Assembly (NCBI GenBank): GCA_027065515.1 | Contig: JAMOOM010000151.1 | Location: 8,038-72,037 of the forward strand | DNA from: Campylobacterales bacterium | Lineage (GTDB): Bacteria; Campylobacterota; Campylobacteria; Campylobacterales; Hydrogenimonadaceae | Direction of reading: 5' to 3' | Length of the DNA: 64,000 bases | Shown here: piece after piece, positions 29,462 through 38,311 of the stretch | How the letters are laid out: the number at the start of each line of letters is the position of its first letter | Position numbering within the stretch: position 1 is the stretch's first letter | Made by a program: the position numbers and the translations under genes | The notes under the pieces: generated by a model | Database searches by the model: none | What the model saw: only the letters and a program-made list of their open reading frames with translations | Told to the model about the DNA's origin: nothing

Positions 29462-29660
29462 ATTCTCTCCTTTTTGAATGTTTAATTTTTATGTTGAGAA
29501 ATTATAATAAAGAGAACCTAAATAGCGTGTTAATAGCCTATTTCATTCTCTTTCTTTCGCGGTCGGTATATTGCCGTATTGCTCGAATTGTTTTGTTTCA
29601 ACCCCTCTCTTTGAAATCTTTGCGCACATGAACCTCTCCGGCATCATATTTGAATCAGAA

Positions 29661-31793
29661 TCAAGACAGAAATATCCTTCCGATCTGATAGACCGATACG
29701 CTCGTGCCGTATGCCAAAAGCGGAAGAAATAGGATCTCGAAAATCGCCAATCTCCATCCGAACTCCTCTTTGATTGCAGCGATTGTAGAGATGCACGGAA
29801 TATATAGCAGAACGAAAACCATATAGCTATAGGCAGCCAATGGCCCGTCGAACTGACTTTTTAACCGCGTCTGAATTGTACCGGGCGCAGGCATATCCTC
29901 TTCGCTGCCGCCGCTTAGAAAGAAGAGATTTCTCACCGATGCGATCAGTGCATCTTTCAGTGCCGCCGCCTGCTGTTTCGTATCTTCCCACAGATCGTGA
30001 GGAGATGGTTCTCTCCGGACTGACTCGATCCCGTAGATTGTCCCCAGCGACCCTATCACCACCTCTTTGGCGATGGTTCCGGGAATCAGTGCCGCCACCG
30101 GCTCCCAGTGTCTGCCGAAGCCTGCAGGCTCGAAAAGTGGTGTGACGATTTTGGCTCCTTTGGCGAGATAGGAGTCGTGAATATCCGCATCAGACGGAAG
30201 ATGGATGACACCCCACAAAACGATGGATGCGGCAACGATGACAGTTCCCGCGCGCACGATGAAATCTTTCAATCTCGGCCACATCAATACCCAAATCGCC
30301 CTGAATGTCGGCATGTGGTAGGCGGGAAGTTCCAGAAAGAATGGCTTCATACCGCTTTTTGGCAGTATTCGGTTCGCAGCCCAGGCGATAAGAAGTGCGA
30401 TTGCGACACCTATAACATAGAGGGAGATAATGATCTCCGCCCGATTCTCTTCGAAAAAGAGTGCCGTGAAGAGGGCATAGATGGGCAGTCTTGCGCTGCA
30501 GCTCATCAGGGGAATCGTCAAAGCTGTGATGATGCGCTCTCTTAGACTTGTCATTGTACGGGTGGCGTAGATCGCCGGAACGTTACAGCCAAATCCCATG
30601 ATCATCGCGATGAAGGCATTGCCTTTGATTCCAAGCGATCGCGCCAACCGATCGAGCAGAAAACTGACACGCGCCATGTAGCCGCTCTCTTCTAAAAGTG
30701 CCATCAAGAAGTAGAGAAAAAAGAGCAGAGGTAGAAACGACAGCACCAGCCCGACACCGTTGATGACACCGTCGACGAGTAGCGAATCGAGCCATGACGG
30801 CAGATGGACACTCAAAAGTGCATGCAGATGAGGCCCGATGTAGCCTTCGAAAAAACCTCCCGTCCACTCTACCAGCGGGGCGCTGGCATCGAAGGTGATT
30901 CTGAAAAGAAGATAGAGGATCGCGAATAGAATCGGGAACGAATAGAACCTGTGCAGAGCAACCGCGTCGATGCGCTCGCTGAGTGCGACCCTGTCGACCA
31001 CGGGCTCTGTCAAAACCTCTTCGAGGATTCTGTCTATCACCTCGTAACGGGAACGGGTGATGATTGTTCGAATCGGAAGCTTTATATGGCACTCCAGTCG
31101 CTTTCTCGCACCTTCGGCGAAACGAAGAACCTCTTCGGCATACGCTTTTTGTGCCAATTCGACGGCGAAGGCATCGTTTTCGATCAGTTTGATGGCAAAG
31201 AGGCGTTTCGGATAGGGAAACACTCCGGCTTGTTCGATTTTTCGCATCAAAAACGCGACCTCTTTTTCGATATGCTCCTGGAGAGGCTGAATCCGGGGCC
31301 TCTTTCCCTCTTTGATCGTTTCGATCGCCCGTGCGATCACCTCTTTGGCCCCAAGGCCTGCCGAGGCGACGGTGGGTACGGCGTAGGCCCCTAAAATCTC
31401 CTCCAGCCGTTTCAGATCGAGCGTGTATCCGCGCCGCGTGAAGTCGTCGAACATATTGAGCGCGAGAACCATCGGTTTTTGCATGTCGATCAGTTCGAGC
31501 GTCAGATAGAGATTTCTGCGAAGATTGGTCGTCTCTATGATATCGACAATTCCGTCCGGCGGTTCGTACGCGAGAACGTTTCGGGTGATCTTCTCTTCTA
31601 TGGAGTAGGGGCTTAGCGTGTAGGCACCCGGCAGATCTACGAGCGAAATGGATTCACCTTCGTATCGGAATGTAGCCTCTTTTTTCTCGACCGTCACGCC
31701 GGGCCAGTTGCCGACCTCCAGGTCACTTCCGGCGATAGCGTTGATCAAGGCCGTTTTTCCCGTATTCGGATTGCCCACGAATGCGATTTTCAC
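29661..31793 (-). CDS. feoB: ferrous iron transporter FeoB
   Basis: 710 aa with a GTG start overlapping the feoA stop. The N-terminal G-domain reads KIAFVGNPNTGKTALINAIAG and DLPG, followed by a polytopic membrane domain. Confidence 0.95.
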   Translation of the reverse strand: MKIAFVGNPNTGKTALINAIAGSDLEVGNWPGVTVEKKEATFRYEGESISLVDLPGAYTLSPYSIEEKITRNVLAYEPPDGIVDIIETTNLRRNLYLTLELIDMQKPMVLALNMFDDFTRRGYTLDLKRLEEILGAYAVPTVASAGLGAKEVIARAIETIKEGKRPRIQPLQEHIEKEVAFLMRKIEQAGVFPYPKRLFAIKLIENDAFAVELAQKAYAEEVLRFAEGARKRLECHIKLPIRTIITRSRYEVIDRILEEVLTEPVVDRVALSERIDAVALHRFYSFPILFAILYLLFRITFDASAPLVEWTGGFFEGYIGPHLHALLSVHLPSWLDSLLVDGVINGVGLVLSFLPLLFFLYFLMALLEESGYMARVSFLLDRLARSLGIKGNAFIAMIMGFGCNVPAIYATRTMTSLRERIITALTIPLMSCSARLPIYALFTALFFEENRAEIIISLYVIGVAIALLIAWAANRILPKSGMKPFFLELPAYHMPTFRAIWVLMWPRLKDFIVRAGTVIVAASIVLWGVIHLPSDADIHDSYLAKGAKIVTPLFEPAGFGRHWEPVAALIPGTIAKEVVIGSLGTIYGIESVRREPSPHDLWEDTKQQAAALKDALIASVRNLFFLSGGSEEDMPAPGTIQTRLKSQFDGPLAAYSYMVFVLLYIPCISTIAAIKEEFGWRLAIFEILFLPLLAYGTSVSVYQIGRIFLS

Positions 31794-32050
31794 ACGCTTT
31801 CCTTCTTTTCTTCTCTATGTGGTCGAGAAATCGGCTCCACATCGATCTTTCGGGCATCCTCTTCGCGCAAAGCGATCTTTTCGTTCCCGAAGCTAAACTC
31901 CAGCGGGTCACCGAGCGGTGCCCTGCGCAAAAGCTGTACCGTCTCGCCGCAAAGCAGCCCAAGCTCCATCAGCCGGTCTCTGAGTTCGCCGAGATCACCG
32001 ATCGTTTTGACGATCGCCTTCTGTCCGGGCTGAAGATCTGCCAATTTCAT
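31790..32050 (-). CDS. feoA: ferrous iron transport protein FeoA
   Basis: 86 aa. MKLADLQPGQKAIVKTI...LRDRLMELGLLCGETV is the FeoA SH3-like domain. An AAGGTGG RBS lies upstream. Confidence 0.9.
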   Translation of the reverse strand: MKLADLQPGQKAIVKTIGDLGELRDRLMELGLLCGETVQLLRRAPLGDPLEFSFGNEKIALREEDARKIDVEPISRPHREEKKESV

Positions 32051-32178
32051 CGTTTACCACCTTGCCGCGCATAATATGGAAGTGAAAACGACTCTTCTGA
32101 TTCACACAGTTTCCGGTTTCTGCACTTTGGGCAGGGGCAGAAATCATCTCGTGATAGTTGAAGGAGAAATCACCCACA

Positions 32179-32229
32179 TCTTTTCATCGATTCACTTCTT
32201 TTTTCGTATCATACACCGATAGAGTTTTA
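32179..32229 (-). repeat. copy B of the duplicated promoter/leader segment, upstream of feoAB
   Basis: On the minus strand it reads TAAAACTCTATCGGTGTATGATACGAAAAAAGAAGTGAATCGATGAAAAGA. Here the shared ATGAAAAGA opens only a 5-codon mini-ORF (MKRCG, 32170-32187), 119 nt upstream of the feoA ATG. Confidence 0.85.
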
Positions 32230-32324
32230 AAAAAGATTTTTATGGTGAAATCGAAAATATTTTCTTGAAGCCTTCTTTTGCAAAGAAAACCAAGCCGAAG
32301 CGTATAAAGTGTATAATCGACCTT

Positions 32325-33332
32325 ATGGAAAAGAGATTTGAACAACCGCCCGTGCGTCACAACGGGGCAGGGGAACTTCGCAAAGTAGGTTTCGAGCTGG
32401 AGTATGCGGGTCTGACGCTTTCTAAAAGTGCCGCTATCGTACTCAAGGAGGTAGGTGGACATATCGATATCGTCAATCCCTATCACTATAAAATCAGAGA
32501 TACGAGATACGGCACCTTTACGCTGGTGCTGGATTTTCAGTTTCTTGTGGAATCCGGGCTCGAAGAGTGGCTTCATACCATAGGGCTCGACCAGGCGCTC
32601 GAAAAGGATACGATAGAAGCAATGGAGAGATTTATCGCCGATCTGTCGGAAACGGTGGTTCCTCATGAAATTTCTACATCTCCTCTCTCGCTGGACAATC
32701 TGGAAGTGATCGAAGAGATCAAAGAGACATTGCGAAAACATGGTGCTCTTGGTACCAAGGCCGACCCTCTCTATGCGTTCGGGTTTCATATCAATCCCGA
32801 GGCGGCACGTATAACGGTGGACGATATTTTACGCACTCTTCGCGCTTTTTTTATCCTTTATGACTATCTCGTGGAGATTATTCAGCCGGATATGACCCGC
32901 CGCATTACTCCCTATATCGATCCATTCGAGGACGACTATATGGAAATGGTGCTCGATCCATATTACGATCCTACGATGCCGCAGCTGATCGACGACTATG
33001 TGGAGTACAACCCCACCAGAAACAGAGCACTCGATCTTTTGCCCCTCTTTGCATGGATCGATGTGGACAGGGTGATGGAGAAGATGGAGGGCGAAAAGAT
33101 CTCCGCGCGACCGACATATCACTACCGTCTTCCCAACTCCAGAGTCGATGAGGTGCAGTGGTGTACCTGCGATGCATGGAACAGCTGGGTGCTTGTTGAG
33201 AGGCTCGCTTTCGACGACGACGCTCTCGCGGAGCTTGGAAGCGAGTGTCAGGACTATCTTTCATCGCCTTTTAGTTATTTCCAAAAGGATAAGTGGATAG
33301 AGAGGGTGAAGCAGTGGGTTCAAAAGCGGTAG
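32325..33332 (+). CDS. putative amidoligase (glutamine-synthetase/GCS2-like 'amidoligase enzyme' family)
   Basis: Motifs KVGFELEYAG, VVPHEISTSPL and YAFGFHINPE fit the amidoligase family pattern. The start is uncertain: ATG at 32325 lies 7 nt after a TATAAT (32312-32317), which suggests a leaderless mRNA. TTG at 32265 is the longest ORF. Confidence 0.65.
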   Translation: MEKRFEQPPVRHNGAGELRKVGFELEYAGLTLSKSAAIVLKEVGGHIDIVNPYHYKIRDTRYGTFTLVLDFQFLVESGLEEWLHTIGLDQALEKDTIEAMERFIADLSETVVPHEISTSPLSLDNLEVIEEIKETLRKHGALGTKADPLYAFGFHINPEAARITVDDILRTLRAFFILYDYLVEIIQPDMTRRITPYIDPFEDDYMEMVLDPYYDPTMPQLIDDYVEYNPTRNRALDLLPLFAWIDVDRVMEKMEGEKISARPTYHYRLPNSRVDEVQWCTCDAWNSWVLVERLAFDDDALAELGSECQDYLSSPFSYFQKDKWIERVKQWVQKR

Positions 33333-34003
33333 TCGTTGTCACCGGATCTTCGCGCGGAAGCAAAACGGCGTGGCTTGCAAGCCGTTTCCTGCTTCGGCTT
33401 TTTGGTGTGAAAGTTCGTTTTTTTCATCCAGGATCGTGGGACGAGTCTGCGCATATGCATGGAGTGCTGATCACCGGGGGTATCGATATCGATCCATCCA
33501 CCTACAAAGGAGCGCATCACCCCTCCATCACCAAAAGCGATCCGGAGCGTGACGCTATGGAGTTGGCATTGTTGAAGCGTGCCGAAAAAGAAGGTTTGCC
33601 TGTCATGGGAATCTGCCGCGGGATGCAGATGATCAATCTTTTTTATGGCGGAACGCTACATCCGCATGTTCACGACCTGGATCTCTCCTATCCCCATCCG
33701 CATACACCTTTGCCCCTTCGCGAGGTGATAATCGAGCCAAAAACCAGGCTCCATGAAATACTGCACTCTTCCAAAATCAAAGTCAATGCGCTGCATCATC
33801 AGGCCGTAGATCGCCCAGGCGATGGCCTGCGTATCGCCGCGCGAGATAAAAATGGCCTGATACAGGCGATCGAAGGAGAGTCGGAACGGTTCGTAACGGG
33901 GCTTCAGTGGCATCCGGAATTTATGCCGTACGCTTGGCACAGCCGCAGGATTTTCGGTGCGCTTGCAAAGGCAGCGAAGGTCGCCAGACGGCAGATGCGA
34001 TGA
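33314..34003 (+). CDS. class I glutamine amidotransferase-like gamma-glutamyl hydrolase (peptidase C26 / PuuD-like)
   Basis: Motifs PVMGICRGMQMIN (nucleophile Cys) and LQWHPEF (His). The start is GTG at 33314 after GAGGGTGA, or ATG at 33293. Both overlap the amidoligase 3' end. Confidence 0.8.
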   Translation: MGSKAVVVVTGSSRGSKTAWLASRFLLRLFGVKVRFFHPGSWDESAHMHGVLITGGIDIDPSTYKGAHHPSITKSDPERDAMELALLKRAEKEGLPVMGICRGMQMINLFYGGTLHPHVHDLDLSYPHPHTPLPLREVIIEPKTRLHEILHSSKIKVNALHHQAVDRPGDGLRIAARDKNGLIQAIEGESERFVTGLQWHPEFMPYAWHSRRIFGALAKAAKVARRQMR

Positions 34004-35250
34004 AAAAAACGGTCGTACTGATACTTGTGGTTTCGCTTCTTGGCGGAGGCTTCTATCTGTGGCAGATGAAAAAGAAGCGAAAAGATTTCAGCCGCTATAT
34101 ACCCATTACCGTCCAAAAAGGGGATGTGGTAGAGAGTGTGGAGGCTACAGGAGTGATCAAACCATCCGTCGGTGCCGAAGTGACGATCGGAGCGCGAATG
34201 AGCGGCATCGTGGTGAAGGAGCCGGTGCGTGTGGGAGACAGGGTCGAAAAAGGAGATCTGATCGCCAGAATCGACGACAGAGAGCAAAGAATGTCGCTTG
34301 ACATCGCCAAAGAGGAGCTTGAAAAGATCGAAGAGGGATATCCCAAAGAGATCGCACGCCTTAAAAGCGCTCTTCAAAGATCGCGGATAGGAGTGAGGAA
34401 GGCGAGGGCTTCTTTGGAGGCTGCAAAATCGGACACAAAGACAGCCGCGTGGCTTTGTGCCAATAAAAGGAGGCTTTTCAAAAAGCGTAGCGGATCCGAG
34501 CGTGATTATCGTATAGCCTGCAACGAAGCGGCTATAAAAAAGGCGGCATTAACAAAGGCCGAAGAGTCGCTTGAAGAGGCTCGAAAAATAGAAGAGGAGG
34601 CCAGGCTGAGGCTTCAGAAGGCGCAAAGCGACTTCAGGCATGACCGCTCCGCTGCCAAATCGAAAGTCGAGCAGGCGGAAATAAGGCTTAGCTACTCTAT
34701 GATCACAGCCCCTTTTGGCGGTATCGTGAGTTATGTTTCCACGCAGGAGGGAGAGACGGTCGTAGCGGGCCTCAACGCTCCAAAATTCGTCAAGATTCTC
34801 GATCCCGAAAAGATCGAAAACCGTATCTATGTGGACGAGACAGCCATCGGGCGTGTACGAAACGGAATGCGTGTCGATTTCAACGTCGATAGCTGGCCCG
34901 ACAGGAACTTCACGGGGAAAATATCCCAGATATATCCTCAACCGGAGATTCAAAACGGTGTGGTTTACTATATAGCCGTCGTCGACCGTTTTGAAAATGC
35001 CCGGCTTTTGCGCCCCCAGATGACGACGCACGATACGATCGTCGTAAAAATCCACAAAGGAGTCCTCCGTTTGCCAAACCGCGCCGTGAAGTTCAAAAAC
35101 GGCCGTTTTTTTGTATATCTAAAGCGCGACGGGAAAGTGGTGGAGCAGAGTGTGGAGACAGGCATTTCGGATGCTCGCTATACGCAGATCGTCCATGGCC
35201 TGAAAGAGGGGGACGAGGTATTGATGGAGCCGCTCGAGCATGCTGATTGA
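34000..35250 (+). CDS. HlyD/MacA-type periplasmic adaptor (membrane fusion protein)
   Basis: ATG at 34000 overlaps the preceding stop (ATGA). It has an N-terminal TM (VVLILVVSLLGGGFYLW), a lipoyl-like domain, a long coiled coil and a beta-barrel domain. Confidence 0.85.
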   Translation: MKKTVVLILVVSLLGGGFYLWQMKKKRKDFSRYIPITVQKGDVVESVEATGVIKPSVGAEVTIGARMSGIVVKEPVRVGDRVEKGDLIARIDDREQRMSLDIAKEELEKIEEGYPKEIARLKSALQRSRIGVRKARASLEAAKSDTKTAAWLCANKRRLFKKRSGSERDYRIACNEAAIKKAALTKAEESLEEARKIEEEARLRLQKAQSDFRHDRSAAKSKVEQAEIRLSYSMITAPFGGIVSYVSTQEGETVVAGLNAPKFVKILDPEKIENRIYVDETAIGRVRNGMRVDFNVDSWPDRNFTGKISQIYPQPEIQNGVVYYIAVVDRFENARLLRPQMTTHDTIVVKIHKGVLRLPNRAVKFKNGRFFVYLKRDGKVVEQSVETGISDARYTQIVHGLKEGDEVLMEPLEHAD

Positions 35251-35902
35251 GTGCCAAAATATCGTCAAACGATTCAAAACCGGCGATATAGAGACAACGG
35301 TGCTCAAAGGGGTCGATCTGCAGATAGAAGAGGGAGAGTTCGTGGCCGTCATGGGGAGCAGTGGAAGCGGAAAATCGACACTGCTTTACATTTTGGGATG
35401 CCTGGATCGTCCAACCTTTGGACGCTATCTGCTGGAGGGCAAAGAGGTGGGCGCCATGGATGACGACACGCTTTCACATATACGCAACGAAATGTTCGGA
35501 TTCGTCTTTCAGGCCTTCTACCTGGTGCCGTACCTCAGCGTGCTCGACAATGTGCGTATTCCCACCCTCTATTCCAAAAGAGCGAAAACCAAAAAAGATG
35601 CCGTAGCTCTTTTGGAAAAACTGCAGCTTGGGAGTCGGATCGATTTTATGCCAGATCAGCTCTCAGGTGGACAAAAACAGCGTGTCGCGATCGCCAGGGC
35701 GCTGATAAACGATCCCAGGGTTATCTTCGCCGACGAGCCGACCGGGCAACTCGACAGTGAAAACGCCAGAAACGTGATGGAGATTTTAAAAAATCTAAAC
35801 GAAGAGGGGCGGACGATCGTGCTGGTAACGCACGATCCCGTGATGGCAGCATACGCTACGCGGATCGTGCGGATAAAAGATGGCCAGATTCTATCTGCAT
35901 GA
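35240..35902 (+). CDS. MacB/LolD-type ABC transporter ATP-binding protein
   Basis: 220 aa with Walker A GSSGSGKST, signature LSGGQKQR and Walker B IFADEPTG. It overlaps the adaptor gene by 11 nt. Confidence 0.95.
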   Translation: MLIECQNIVKRFKTGDIETTVLKGVDLQIEEGEFVAVMGSSGSGKSTLLYILGCLDRPTFGRYLLEGKEVGAMDDDTLSHIRNEMFGFVFQAFYLVPYLSVLDNVRIPTLYSKRAKTKKDAVALLEKLQLGSRIDFMPDQLSGGQKQRVAIARALINDPRVIFADEPTGQLDSENARNVMEILKNLNEEGRTIVLVTHDPVMAAYATRIVRIKDGQILSA

Positions 35903-37073
35903 TCTAATCGCCTTTCTTCTGTTTTACAAAGGCAGAAGCCTTTTTGCTCTTTTGGGTATCGTGCTTGGTATCGCATCGCTCGTTTTTATCGTTGCAGCGA
36001 TCGAGGGAAGCCGCTTGAAAGCCGACAGGATTATCGGTATGCTCGGATCGGATACGATTTTGATACGATCGAGTTTCGGAAGCCGTATATCGTTTCGGCA
36101 TATCCCCATGAAGCTCACGATGGAACATTACCGAAAGATCGGAACGATAGAGGGGGTGCGCAGTGTGGACTATTTCTATGTAAAAAAGATGATCGTCGCA
36201 AGGGGAGGTTTCAGCAAGCATCTGATGGTGGAGGGATTCACACCCGGCACATTGGAGCATTTTGGCTACGAAAGCGAATGGGGCCGTTTCTTTCAGTCGA
36301 AAGATTTCAAAAATTTCGCGAAGGTCGTTGTCGTGGGGCACGATATCGTCGATGAGTTTTTCAGTGGAAAAAATCCGATCGGAAAGACGCTTTTGATCGG
36401 GAAAATTCCATTCAGGGTCATCGGCGTATATAAACGCAAGGGCAAAAGTCCACGCGGTACGAGTATGGACGAACGGATCATGATGCCGGTTCCAACGTAC
36501 CGAAAATTTATACAGGCCGAATACGGAAAACTTTTTGCGATCGTAGCCAAAGTGTCGCCGCAGGCCGACTACGATCGCGTGGTGGACGATGTGAAAAACA
36601 TCTTGAATCGTACTTTGAAACCGGATGACTATTTTCTGATCACGCCCGAGGTGATCAGGAAGTTCCTCTCCATGCTCAGCGCCTCTTTGGGGATTTTTCT
36701 TGGCATCGCCTCTTTGACGGCGCTTTTTGTGAGCGGATTTGTCCTTTCGAACATCTTTCTCATCAATAACCGTATCCGAGCATGGGAGATCGGCCTTCGC
36801 CGTGCACTTGGCGCTACGAAAAGGCAGATTCTTGTCCGTATTTTGCTCGAAGCTTCCGTCATCGCCATTGCGGGCGCATTTTTGGGAACTCTGGCCGGAT
36901 TTGCCAGTGTCAAATATATTCTTCCGCTTCTTCAAATCCCGGTGGTCTATCCTCTTGAATCTTTCTTTGTAGCGATACTCTTCTCCATGACCGTGGCACT
37001 CGTCGCAGCATGGTCGCCCGCCAAAGAGGCTGCGGCGATGGATCCGCTCGAGGCGTTGAGGCGGCGACTGTGA
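35880..37073 (+). CDS. FtsX/MacB-type ABC transporter permease 1
   Basis: 397 aa with an N-terminal TM, a large periplasmic MacB_PCD-like domain and a C-terminal three-TM FtsX domain. It overlaps the ATPase gene by 23 nt. Confidence 0.85.
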   Translation: MARFYLHDLIAFLLFYKGRSLFALLGIVLGIASLVFIVAAIEGSRLKADRIIGMLGSDTILIRSSFGSRISFRHIPMKLTMEHYRKIGTIEGVRSVDYFYVKKMIVARGGFSKHLMVEGFTPGTLEHFGYESEWGRFFQSKDFKNFAKVVVVGHDIVDEFFSGKNPIGKTLLIGKIPFRVIGVYKRKGKSPRGTSMDERIMMPVPTYRKFIQAEYGKLFAIVAKVSPQADYDRVVDDVKNILNRTLKPDDYFLITPEVIRKFLSMLSASLGIFLGIASLTALFVSGFVLSNIFLINNRIRAWEIGLRRALGATKRQILVRILLEASVIAIAGAFLGTLAGFASVKYILPLLQIPVVYPLESFFVAILFSMTVALVAAWSPAKEAAAMDPLEALRRRL

Positions 37074-38278
37074 AATGGCTCTATGCCCAGGAGCTTTGGA
37101 GGTATCTTGACCGCAACAAAAAGCGTACTTTCATCGCCATAGCGGGAATCGCGCTGGGGGTGCTTTCGCTGGTGTTGATGAGTGGAATCAGCGGTGCGAT
37201 GCGTGAAAAGACACTCCATGAGCTTGGAAAATTCGGAAGCCGCATCATCGTGGTGGCTCCCGGGGAAGTGGTGTCGCTGGGGCATAAAACTGCACAGATC
37301 GGAATGGTTCGTACGCTTAAAAACAGCGACGCCATAGCGATTGCGCAAAAAATCGACGGAATCGAGTCGGTTTCGATGCTGCGAAGCGATATGCTTTTGG
37401 TCTCTACGAAAAAAAGAGCCGAGCCATCGAATGTGATGGGTGTGGAGCCAACGTTCGTATCGCTGATGGATCTGAAGGTGGCACATGGTCGCGGGCTTTT
37501 GGATGAAGATTGTGCCAAAATGCGCAAAGTGGCCGTGATCGGGAGTAAGGTAGCGGCGGATTTTTTTCCGGATTCATCCGCTGTGGGCAAGATCATGACA
37601 ATAGCCAACATTCCATTCAGGATAGTCGGCGTGCTGGCCGTCAAAGGGAGTGTGGGCATGGAAGATTACGACCACACGATTCTCGTGCCTATTAAATTGA
37701 TGCAAAAACTTCTCTCGCCCAGCGACTGGCTTGACGGTATCTTTATCCTCTCCAAAGACTCTACGATGAACAAAAAGGTGATCGCCCAGACATCCGCGCT
37801 CCTTGGGCTGCGCCACGGAAAAAAAGATTTTACCGTCATGGGATACGAAGCGGCCAGCGGTACTTCTGCGCAGATGGAGCACCTATTTTCGGTGCTCAGC
37901 GTGATCGTAGCGGCAATCGCCTACAGTGTTGGCGCACTGGGAATTGTGGCGATCATGGCCCTTTCGATGTATGAAAGATTGATCGAAATAGCCATCAAGC
38001 GGGTCGCAGGAGCCACCCGCAGAGATATCTTTTTCCAATTCTTTTTCGAATCCACGATCCTGTCGCTATCGGGTGCGATCTTTGGTGGGGGTGTGGCGCT
38101 TTTGTTTCTTGTCGTTGTCGAGATCTTTGCCCGATGGCCGTTTTACATCCCTTTTGAAATGCTTCTTTTTTCGATATCTCTTTCCGTATTCATAGGAATT
38201 TTAGCCAGTCTGTATCCTGCGCGCAGGGCTGTGGCCCTGGAGCCGGTGAAGATTTTGAAGATGTACGAAGAGAGCTAG
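37070..38278 (+). CDS. FtsX/MacB-type ABC transporter permease 2
   Basis: GTG at 37070 overlaps the permease-1 stop (GTGA). It has the same architecture as permease 1. The ORF-track start at 37010 was trimmed. Confidence 0.8.
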   Translation: MKWLYAQELWRYLDRNKKRTFIAIAGIALGVLSLVLMSGISGAMREKTLHELGKFGSRIIVVAPGEVVSLGHKTAQIGMVRTLKNSDAIAIAQKIDGIESVSMLRSDMLLVSTKKRAEPSNVMGVEPTFVSLMDLKVAHGRGLLDEDCAKMRKVAVIGSKVAADFFPDSSAVGKIMTIANIPFRIVGVLAVKGSVGMEDYDHTILVPIKLMQKLLSPSDWLDGIFILSKDSTMNKKVIAQTSALLGLRHGKKDFTVMGYEAASGTSAQMEHLFSVLSVIVAAIAYSVGALGIVAIMALSMYERLIEIAIKRVAGATRRDIFFQFFFESTILSLSGAIFGGGVALLFLVVVEIFARWPFYIPFEMLLFSISLSVFIGILASLYPARRAVALEPVKILKMYEES

Positions 38279-38311
38279 GGCCACACCGAAAAATTATGCT
38301 ACCATTAAATC

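Noticed and set aside
31995-32177. 60-aa ORF (MGDFSFNYHEM...) in the feoA leader.
   Set aside because: It has a GTG start without an RBS and runs into the feoA start in another frame, and I recognised no family. I treated the region as a non-coding leader, although the 5-codon mini-ORF created by the duplicated cassette is reported as a finding.
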